Source: Octopus vulgaris (Eukaryota). Taken from it: 64,000 bases of DNA. Below are positions 52,330-64,000 of the stretch, in pieces. A model generated the notes under the pieces. That model was not told the origin of the DNA. It saw only the letters and a list, made by a program, of their open reading frames with translations, and searched no databases. Every line of letters starts with the position of its first letter. The stretch's first letter is position 1. The stretch lies in NCBI GenBank assembly GCA_951406725.2, contig OX597824.1, positions 52,638,001 to 52,702,000 of the forward strand. Reading direction: 5' to 3'. A program made the translations under genes and the position numbers.

Positions 52330-55300
52330 TTAAACTGGGTTTCTGACACCCACCTTTTTCGCCACTTCCTTCCATCTTTCATACACACCTCGTGGTAAGG
52401 TCTTCTTTTCCATCCCCATTTTGCTCTTCAGATGATATCTGAAGTAAGTGAGCAAGCCGGGGCCTGAAACAAAGGATCTTATTGCGAAACCTTCCATTCT
52501 TGTACGCCACATGCATTCTTTTACTACTGCAACCGTGCAGTGAAAACATGTCTTACCTTCCTTCGAGAGTCCAGTTGGCGGTATCATCTTAATCATAGAC
52601 TTAGCCGACAGCTGTACTCGTCCCAGATGCGATAACACGTGTTCTGCGTAACTTATCAAGTCTGACTACTGCCGACAGTGTACAAAAGCGTGCTGGACGG
52701 TTTCATCGTCCAACCCGCATCTTGGACATGTCGGTGGCACTGAAATTCCGTGCCGCGATAACTTCTCGCGAACAGGTAAAGCATTCCTATAACACTGCCA
52801 GGCCAGGGATCTTTGGAAATTATCCAAATACCCCGTCCTGAAAGTCTTTTTGAACAGGTTGGTAAGCTGGTCTTCGTCGAACCCCAGGGCCCCTCCTAGG
52901 ACGTCTTCGTTCTTTGCCTCTACCAGCCTGCTATAAAATACCGAGGTGGTATTTCCGCAGCCGGCCTTGCCCGCCTTGTGGATCAGCGTGAGTGCCTGTC
53001 GGCACTCCTTTTGCCATAAAGTCAGATTCCGTCTTTTGATGCAACCGGGTTTAAAATTCACTAAGGAAGCCGGTCTCGGGAAAAATTCCCCTGTCAGCGG
53101 ACTCCACACCTTATCACCCTCCAGGTGGTGCCAGAGATGCTTCAGCCTCAATGCATGCCTGCGCATCATCAACCAAAGCATTCCTAACCCACCCTTTAAC
53201 GGTTCCTGGCAGCAAACGGACCGCCTCACAAGTGGCTTTCCTCCCTTCCACAAAAAGCGGAAAAGGATTCGCTCCAACTTGCTAAGCCATGAATCGGGGC
53301 AAGGGACAACGGTCAGGCGGTAAGTGATTACAGATACAATGAACATCTGTACCACCTCCGCCCTTCCTTTCAAGGACAGAAACCTTCCGGACCAGGTCCG
53401 TACTATGGCCTCCACCTTGTCCGTCACCTCACTCCAATTCCTCTACGTTTGGGAGTCTGGCCCAAACCAAACTCCTAGCAACTTAACAGGACCATCTGTC
53501 CAGTGTCCCACGGCACTGGACGATATCGACTTGCTCCTCCAGGTGCCGAGGCGTAAGCCAATCGACTTGTCCTTGTTAACTTTTGTTCCTGCCACCGCCT
53601 CGTATCCTCTGATAGCATCTTCTACACAAGGTAGCTGAGCCTCATTGGACACGATGAGGGTGACGTCATCCGCATAAGCAGAAACCGTCCTCCCGCCTCC
53701 GATCTCATCCGGGTTACTTCCCAGCCTCTCCAACTTTCGCAGCTATGGCTCGAGAGCCAACACGTACAAAAGTGGTGACAAGGGGTACCCTTGACGAACT
53801 GAACCGTTCCGTTCGAAAACGGTTCCGTTAGGTAACCGTTTATCTGGACGGTGGACTTGATGCCGCTATACATAGCAGAGATCCACCCGCGAAATTCAGG
53901 GCCCAGTCCAGCCGCTTCGAGGACCGTCGCCAGGTACTTATGGTCTACCCTATCGAACGCTTTACTTTGGTCTAAATGGACCATTACCCCGCCCTTGCCG
54001 GTTAATTTACCCACCCTATCTAAGGTGTAGCGTATAAGGTGAAGATTGTCCTGGATCGACCTGCCTGGAATTACACATGTCTGTGCTTTCCCTACAAGTT
54101 TCTCCACGACAGTCGTCAACTTTTTTGCCAACACCTTGGCCAAAATCTTAAACTCTACATTAAGTAGAGTTATGGGCCTGTAATTACTAATGTTATCCCC
54201 CTTGCTCGGGTCTTTCTGGATTAGCGTCACCACTCCCCGGCTTACAGAACTGGGAATTCTCCCGTTCTGCTGCCAGTTCGCGTAGACGCCTGCCAGTATT
54301 CCCCCGAACAAGTCCGGCATACTTTGATAAAACTCGTAGGGCAGACCACCCAACCCTGGCGACTTCTCCCCGGCGCATCCGGCCAGTACCCCCTCTATCT
54401 CCGCGGGAGTGATCGCTCCCTCACAGCACTCCACCTCACGCCCTGTGAGCCGCGGTCCGCCGGCTAGGAAGTCCTTTAAGGCCCTCCCCCGCTCCAGCGC
54501 CCCCCCCCCGAACGCGCGGGCGAAATGCTGGTGAAGAAACTTTTGCATCTCCTCCTGTCCATAGATCTTGTGTCCCTGTTCGTCAGTTAAAGACTTGATT
54601 GAAGCTTTGTTACCTCTCTGACGGGCCCATCCGGCAACGTTAATACCTTCTCGTTTCCCTGCGCGTAGCTTAGCTCTAACTCTGCAACCTTCGTGTTTGG
54701 AGTTAAGGTGACGGTACAATACCGTCCTTGCCGCCATCACTCCGGATGCAGAGCCAGATTCCATTGCCTCGTTTGGATTCTTAACTAAATCGTCCTCTAT
54801 CCTAGACCTATCTAACCTTAGCTGATTGCTAAATCTAATGGACTCTGAACGAATGGCTCTTTTGAGGGAGTGCCACCATCTATTGTTAATGATGGTGCCA
54901 CATAATGCCCTCTGTACTAACATCTTAATCCGGGTTCGGAAGTCTTCACAATTCAAAATAGACTTGTTCAGCTTCCAGTACCTGGGTCCCTGTCTATGGC
55001 ACTTATCTAATTGCACCCTACAAGTCACAAATTTGTGATCCGTGTAAGGCACAATGTGAAACTGTGGACAACTAAACGTATCCTTATCTCTTTTCCTAAC
55101 GAATATCCTATCTATATACGATCTGCGTGAGCCGTCGTTGTTACTCCACGTCCACTGTGGAACGCTCGGCTCATCCAGTCGATAACGGTCTACTAGATTA
55201 AAGCTCTCTAGTAGAACCTTGAGGCTAGGGTTCCCCTTCCTATTGGTTGAGCCAACACTGTCGACCCGCGCTTCGAGGACAGTGTTAAAGTCCCCTACTA

Positions 55301-55703
55301 AGACTACCGTTTTCGACGTCACTAAAAAGTGCTCCAGATTCCGAAAAAAACCCGACTGCCTACACCCATTCGGAGCGTAGACAGCTACCAACCTGAATGA
55401 CTGTTTACTTACGTGGGTCACATCCAGAACGACCAGCCTGCCTTCTGGGTCCAGAAAGACAGTACTTACCTGCAAGTCCAAGCTCTTCCTGATAAGGACT
55501 GCCACGCCCCTTCCTCCTCCTCGACTAGGAGAAATAAATTTTTCGAAACCATTTAGAAGAGGCGAGAACGCTTGGGCCCCGTTCATCTTGGACTCGGTTA
55601 CAATAGCTACGTCCACTCCGTGTGTCGTGAGGTCGTTCAGGAGACAAATTTGTTTCCATTTCGACCTCATTCCACGCACATTCACACAACCCAGCTTTGC
55701 CAT
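52330..55703 (-). pseudogene. Tx1 ORF2: APE endonuclease, RT and C-terminal zinc knuckle, disrupted
   Basis: MAKLGCVNVRG, VLVGDFN, SYIDRIF, YTDH (APE); YRPITLLN, DQSKAFD, YADD (RT); CPRC..ETVQHAFVHC. Disruptions near 53800, 53440 and 52660. Confidence 0.93.
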
Positions 55704-55741
55704 TGTCGGAGAGAGAAAAAATAAATAAATAAAAAATAAAC

Positions 55742-57176
55742 TTACGGTTGGGATAGGGAACATGACAGTTTAAATCTGCATGCTTCCCCTTCTTCCTCCC
55801 GTGTGGTCGTAGCTGCAGGGCTCTTAACCGGCGTTGCCATCGGGCTCTGGGTAGGTGTGGTTGCCGGGGTTATAGTAAGTTTGCCCTCCAGTATTTCGTT
55901 AGTTACGTCTCTGATAAGGTTATTTTTTAAATGTTCTTGGAGTGTTTTTCCTTCCACTCGTCTTCCTTTATTTTTGCAAAACGAGTGGTTGATTTAGTGT
56001 CTGCAGACTTACTGAATAATTTCAGTTTTGAAAATTTTAAATACTTAAACACTCTATCGTTCTTCTCGTCAAATGCTACAATCTTTTCATTCTTTTTTAT
56101 CAATTTTTTCCAATCTTGTTTTATGGGGTGGGGCTTGGCGAACTGTGTTCCAATGAATACAGTACCGTGGGGGTAGGGCTGGGGAACTTGTTTTGTATGT
56201 ATCTCTGCGGTGTTTGCTGATTTTTTTCTTTGTTTGGGGAGGGGAGTCCAGGGTATTTTCTTTTTTTCTTTTGTGTGTCACCTGTGTAAATTCCATTTGT
56301 TCATTTTTATCTTCCGTTTCGATTCCCTTCCTTGTCGCAGTCTTGGGGTCTTTTTCCGCCTTTTCTTTTTCTGTTTGAAGCACTTTGAGGAGGGGCTTCG
56401 CTGTTTTTCTTTTTTTTTATGCAGTTCGAGCGGACGTGACCCTTTTCACCACATTTGAAACACCTAGGTCTGCGCCCCTCCACTGACACTCTCATTGAAA
56501 TTCCCTCCTCAATAAATACCTTATCGGGTAAGTTTTCTTGCACATTATTTTCTGCTTGAACGAGGAGTTCGAGCGCTTGTCCCTTCCAGTTTACCTCATC
56601 TTTCCTTTTCATCTGCAGAATTGAGACTTTCTGCTCTACGTCGTGCAGAACCGCCGCTGCTACCCACATTATATCATATCCTCTTGGTATATCTTCCACG
56701 TATAGTTTCGCAGTTCTTTTGCCCATATAGGTAGGTAGTAACATAATGTCCTTATTTTTTAAGGTCATTGATGAAATTTCTCTTGCCACATCAGCCGAGT
56801 CGAAATGTGCTTCAACGGTAGCGCTGCGAGCACCTCGACCGACGTAGCGAATTTTGCTCCACACCGGGGACAAGCACTTCTCTACTATTTCGTTCTTCAC
56901 GTCCATTATTTTTTTCTCTTTGTTACTGTAAACCTTGTACACGACTGTCTTGGCCTTTATTTCCTGTAATATCGCTTGCGGCGGTACCAGTTTTATTTCG
57001 TTGCCTTCCTTTTTGACCAAGTTCCGGTATTCGAACAACTGTTCTATTTTGAATTCCACTTCCGTTACGGTTCCGCCCACTGCGGCCGAAAAAGACTGTT
57101 TTCTAACCTCGATATCCTTCTGTTCGCCTTTTCCCATCACGGGAAAGTCGCTCCTCGACGCCAAGTCGAACTCCAT
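55742..57176 (-). pseudogene. Tx1 ORF1 (gag-like, CCHC), frameshifted
   Basis: 289-aa open part with CFKCGEKGHVRSNC knuckle; frameshift in the A-run near 56410; continues in the 98-aa and 71-aa segments. Confidence 0.85.
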
Positions 57177-57875
57177 TTCTCAAATTATGAGAACCAATTT
57201 TTCAAAAACAATTACCCCGAAGGTAATAACACAGAATTTTCAGCCCCGTAGGGCGAAAATTACTGTCACACAACGGACAACTATTCAAATTCACGAGCAA
57301 ACACAAACAACGACGAACAAAAAACGAACTCACTCAACAAAATAGGCAGCTAACTTCTCAATACGCAGATGAAAGAGGGGTCCCTAGACGAGTAACAAAA
57401 CACTAGGTCGCGATGAAAGACAAGGCTGCTTTGAAAATATATAAGAGTTTTTCTAGTGACGTCTGCCACTGATTTCGAAAAACTGACTGTAAGCATTATT
57501 AAATCTCAGAATGAGATGTAAACAGTAATCGCTCGATAATGTAAAATACGCCAGCTAAACTTGTTGTACTGTTTATTAGTCGTAAGACACCCGGTGTTTT
57601 TGTCCTGTTTTTACCATTATTGTTTTTTGTATTTTATATTCGTGTGGCATCGTCCGTTTTTCTGTCCCTGTTTCTTATACATTCGATCCTTCTTCCAAGA
57701 AATCTAATGCTCGTAGATTAGTCTTTCCTTGGGGCTGGCCGGATCGGAGCGATCTCAATATTAATCAGCCGAAATTGCTACGATGATCCGGTTCTTGACT
57801 GAAGATTGTGTTTTTTGTATCGTCTTCTAAATGTTTTACGTTCTTGTCCCAGTTTGTATTTTTCTATATAAAATA

Positions 57876-57982
<107 letters not shown>

Positions 57983-58174
57983 CAGAGACAGAGAAAAGGG
58001 TTAGTATAATGCTGAACAGTTCTCAAACGTAATGTGAATGCATGTCTTCGGGATAAGTTTATAAGTGTATATATATACATTTAATATAGGATACAATTTT
58101 TCTAAAAAAAAATTTATCAATGGTCAGCATATTAAAAAATACTTTAAGGGTTAAATTTATAAGTTGTTTATAAG

Positions 58175-58230
<56 letters not shown>

Positions 58231-58370
58231 ATACGTATGTATGTATGTATGCATATGTATATGTATATACATAACTGACATAAATATATTTGCATGTGAA
58301 TTTAAAGTATCTACAATTATTCTAATATATATCGTTGATTTGTTTATCTGTATTGCGCGTTTAAGTTCTA

Positions 58371-59484
<1,114 letters not shown>

Positions 59485-59573
59485 TTCTATAATTTGGGGT
59501 CAACAAGTGACCATTTGAAGTCATGAAGTCTAACTGCATATGTGTATATATATATATATATGTATGTATATAT

Positions 59574-59645
<72 letters not shown>

Positions 59646-59902
59646 TATAATATAATATAATATAGTATAATATAATATAATATAATATGATATGGTACGA
59701 TATATATATATATATATATATGTATGTATATATATATACAAAACATTCAAACACTAAAGTTTGAAATAAGATGTCACTACTGTTAAAATCATCTCAGGAA
59801 AAATTTTTATTGATGGTATCAACAATAGTAACATAGGTGGTTCACAGGCAAAAAAGCATTATTTAGCTATTAACTACAAATGAACAGGAAGCGTAAGGAT
59901 GT

Positions 59903-60061
59903 AGAAATGCATCAACCTGCTAGAAATAAAAGTTGAAGTCTTAATTAAACCATCGTTTTGATTCTCCGTGCATATGATTATTTATCAGTTGGCAGATATC
60001 AGCATGGATCAGGTGGTTTAATTAGGACTTTAACTCTTATTTCTAGCAGGTTGATGTTTTT
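59903..60061. repeat. Short MITE-like foldback
   Basis: catcaacctgctagaaataaaagttgaagtcttaattaaacc / ggtttaattaggactttaactcttatttctagcaggttgatg. Confidence 0.75.
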
Positions 60062-60085
60062 CTGCATACTTATGTTTCGTGCTGA

Positions 60086-60166
<81 letters not shown>

Positions 60167-60173
60167 ATTATAT

Positions 60174-60276
<103 letters not shown>

Positions 60277-61585
60277 ATATGTATATGTATTCATGCATAT
60301 GCATGTGTATGTACATAAGTCTCAAACTAAATCATTTTTGAATTTACTTTTTTATGTTGATTGAGATTATATTATTTATATTTCAGTATCCAATTTTACC
60401 AACATACATGCACACAAATACATACATGCATATAAGTGTGATCGGAGATACATACATGTACACATACACATGTACATACAATTACATACACGCGTATACC
60501 TGCATACATATATACATAGCTATATACTTTCAGATGCATTATATATGCAGTATTTTGGTTTTTCGCTTAAACCGGCCATGTCCGGCCCTAATATTCTACT
60601 TGTTTTATGTTCAAACAAGCCAGATCTGGCGTCTCTGACTTACAAGTCATTTTAAATACAAACAATCGTATAATCTAAATCTTGAAGCCACGAAATAATG
60701 CATGATTAATTAAAAATGATGTGAATATATAAGCATTACATTTGACAAGAGTAATCTAATCAAATTTTCGTCGTAATTTAATTTCTTTATAACGTATTTC
60801 ATGTAATTAATTGTCAGTGCACTATGAACAGCCTTTTGACAGATTCAGTCATGAATATGCTAAGCATTATTTCATTTTGTCACTAGGGAACATTTCTGCA
60901 TGTCGACGTATGTGTGTTCATAACACATTTGTTTTATAATTATAAGAGAAATGGGAAACCCGCTGTTCCAACATCATTGTGCATCTTCGGCCAAAGCTAC
61001 CCTAAACTAATGATTTTGCAGCTGCTGTTTATAATTTTAGCAAAAAATAATTTCCTGATCTACGCTGATATCTGGCAACTGATAACAAATCGTCATATGC
61101 AAGGAGAATCAAAACGATGACTAACAAATTCATTCTTAATGCGAAAGAGAGTATGCTAATTACTGTTGTATTTCGTTCTTGGGGGGGCAACTTCTTCCGT
61201 AAGACCCCTTACGCTATTGAATCGAGTGTATTATAAACACACATTCCTGTGAAAGGAGTAGTTATTCTCCAATGACCAAAATACAACAGCGATTAGCATG
61301 TACATGTCCAAATCTGCCAAAGTATACTAAGAATGAATGTGTAAAGCCATCGTCATTTTTTCCCTTATTACTCATGTCGTTGTAGTTTTATGCGGCTCAT
61401 TAATATGCATATTTCATCAAATTTACTTTATTAAATTTGCTGCTATCCGCTCATTCATTTTATTTATTCTTCGTATATATAGATGTTTTTATTACGTATA
61501 GACATACTTACATACATACACTCACTCAAATATGTGTGTATATATATATGTGTGTGTGTGTGTTTGTGTATGTGTATATATTATG

Positions 61586-61640
<55 letters not shown>

Positions 61641-61785
61641 GTGTGTGTGTGTTTGTGTGTGTATTCATATACATACATATATATATATAACATACATACA
61701 TATATATATGTATATATATATACATATACATATATATATATATATATACATACATACATATACATATACATATATATATATATAT

Positions 61786-61819
<34 letters not shown>

Positions 61820-61928
61820 AACAAAACTGTCCGACGAACGGGAACGTGAAACTCCGAGTAACAGCTTTTAAATTTCTGCTGCTTTTAAATAAAGTATATA
61901 TATATATATACATACATACATACATATA

Positions 61929-61970
<42 letters not shown>

Positions 61971-63618
61971 CATATACATATACATACATATATATATACA
62001 CATGCACATATATACACACACACACACATGTACTAGGAATAAGGTGATGACATTAACTTTTCTGTGATTGATTTTCAACTTATGCTATGTTAACATTCCT
62101 CTCTCTTTTATTATGTTACTACTGTGCAAATCTCTTCCGCCACCATTTCCCCACCAACCAATTTTCTTCCTAGATCCCTAGTGGTAAATGTATAAAAGTA
62201 TTAAATTTCTGATGTAGAACACATCATATAACCAAACTGCAAATTATCTGCAGTCTATTTAATACACATTTTGGATAAGTGATGCAAGGTATCAACAGGA
62301 AATGTACGTTGCCACTAGCAACCAACAAGATATCACTGTGTAACTACATGCTTCAATCGAAATGCTCTCTAGGTTTCCCTTCATCGAGGAAATAAATCAA
62401 TAATAAAGCTAGTATTTAGAAATATATGATTTACCGAGAGAATTCACCCCCGCCGCATATGTTAATTTACATGGTGCTTAAGGTCTTTCATTCAGAGAAT
62501 TGTTATGATGAGTTTGTATTTTAATGTATTTTTTATTTATTGAATAATTGAGTCAAATAAAACAAATAGTTTCTTACATATACTAATGATATTTTCTTGC
62601 ATACTCGCTGATGTTTCAGGTTTATTGGTAAGACGAGAATGAATATTACAGTAATATTTATGACTTAATTAGTATGCTGGGCAAAATCCAAAGCGACATT
62701 TCTTTTAGCTTTACGTTCTGAGTTCAAATTCAGCTGACTTCTTTCTTTTGGAGTCGATAAAATAAGTACCAGTCAATGCAATCGACTTACCACCTCCCCC
62801 AAAATTGCTGGCCTTGTGCCAAAATCTGAAATCGATATTTACGACTTAATGACACAAAATGCAATTCCAAACATATTTTCTACTATTTACATTCTTTTGT
62901 TCATACAAATAATTAATACTCAACGCGAACAAGTGCTCCATAAGTTTGGTGGTGGTGTTTCCTTGGGAGCTTTACGAGCTCGCAAAGGACTCTCAAAGGA
63001 GAGCTATGGGGTACGCAATCCATTATTAATATTAACTATTTAAACCATATACATATGCTTAATATTTGTATATACGAGTGGATTTGGTAGACGGAAACTG
63101 AAAGAAGCCTGTCGTATATATGTATATATGTATATGTCTGTGTGTGTTTGTTTGTCTGTGTTTGTCCCCCTAGCATTGCTTGACAACCGATGCTGGTGTG
63201 TTTACGTCTCCGTCACTTAGCGGTTCGGCAAAAGAGACCGATAGAATAAGTACTGGGCTTACAAAGAATAAGTCCTGGGGTCGATTTGCTCGACTAAAGG
63301 CGGTGCTCCAGCATGGCCGCAGTCAAATGACTGAAACAAGTAAAAGAGTAAAAGAGTATATTTCACAATAATCTTTGTCCGGTTTAAAATTAGTTGGTTA
63401 TCGTGATTTCAGTGAGCAAAATATGACTGAAAATGATGGGAGAAGGTTCAGTGTTTTTAGAATTTGCTTGTTTTTGTTTGTTTTTGTCTTTTATGTAAAA
63501 TATTTTGCTATATTGCTTCAAATTTTATTTCCAGCTTTTTTATAACACTAATAATATAGCAAATAGCATTTCGCTTAATATTTAAACTGCAATGCTCTTC
63601 TTAGTTCCGTTTTTATCA

Positions 63619-63978
63619 TTATTACCTCCGCCTTAGTGACGGCGGAGGTATTGTTTTCAGGCGCTTGTTTGTCCGTGGACAAAATATCTCAAGAACCGCT
63701 GGATGGATCCGGATGAAACTTTCAGGGATGTTTGACCTCGTAACTGGCACGAACTGATTAGATTTTGGGATCGATCCGGTACCGGACAAGGATTCTGGAT
63801 TATTTTTCCTGGCTTTTTACTTAATTATTGAGAGTCGTCGGGTTCATTTTTAGTATTCTCGTTTGTGAGAGCAATCGAGTTTATTTCAGATATTCTTATT
63901 TTAAAAATCATCTCTGGCTAATTGTTGAGAGGACGTTAGTGTTGCCTTGGCGGAGGTTTGCGCTCTCTGAGTGCTCTT
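63619..63978 (+). mobile_element. Helentron-associated non-autonomous element (HINE/DINE-1-like)
   Basis: Subterminal IR acctccgcc (63624-32), internal IR ggcggaggt (63641-49), 3' subTIR (63949-57), terminal hairpin gcgctc-tct-gagtgc (63960-74), T-rich flanks. Confidence 0.85.
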
Positions 63979-64000
63979 ATTATTTTTATTTTCGTGAATA

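Larger units (their letters stand above)
52079..57400 (-). mobile_element. Full-length Tx1-clade (L1 group) LINE, ~5.3 kb
   Basis: ORF1 plus ORF2; 14-bp TSD caccaggtcgcgat (52065-78) / cactaggtcgcgat (57401-14); AATAAA just before the 3' end. Confidence 0.92.
51805..57543 (-). mobile_element. Hammerhead-bearing ~356-bp unit with 47-bp terminal redundancy (retrozyme/pLTR-like), split by the Tx1 LINE
   Basis: Identical 47-mer at 51805-51851 and 57497-57543. The halves 51805-52078 and 57415-57543 rejoin into one long stem around the ribozyme. Confidence 0.75.

Noticed and set aside
51805-57543. 47-bp direct repeat as the Tx1 TSD, or as LTRs
   Set aside because: A 14-bp TSD sits at the real LINE ends (52065-78 / 57401-14), so the 47-mer belongs to the host element. 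There is no integrase, PBS or TG..CA.

Overview
AT-rich, microsatellite-saturated eukaryotic (animal) DNA. The repeat content (tRNA/CORE/Nin-type SINEs, huge (TA)n/(CA)n/(TAA)n load) looks like a coleoid cephalopod, probably Octopus; this is inference. Only one host exon is supportable: a minus-strand terminal exon at 2019-2357 encoding a TMEM196/CD20-like membrane protein end. The rest is intron or intergenic DNA filled with nested transposons. These are a near full-length R4/Dong-type RLE LINE plus about 7 fragments in (TAA)n tracts, a full-length Tx1-clade LINE with TSD, a complete but frameshifted mariner, an internally deleted piggyBac, hAT/Tc1 MITEs, Helitron/Helentron non-autonomous elements and several Penelope-like remnants with minimal hammerhead ribozymes. 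Most interesting: (1) the Tx1 LINE is inserted into the extended helix I of a U3-A8-variant hammerhead ribozyme, within a ~356-bp terminally redundant retrozyme/pLTR-like unit; (2) a Penelope-derived unit combines a tRNA-like Pol III head, a (TAA)n tract and a hammerhead tail, and both copies had the TAA tract invaded by TAA-targeting retroelements. Most ORFs in the supplied track are simple-repeat artefacts.
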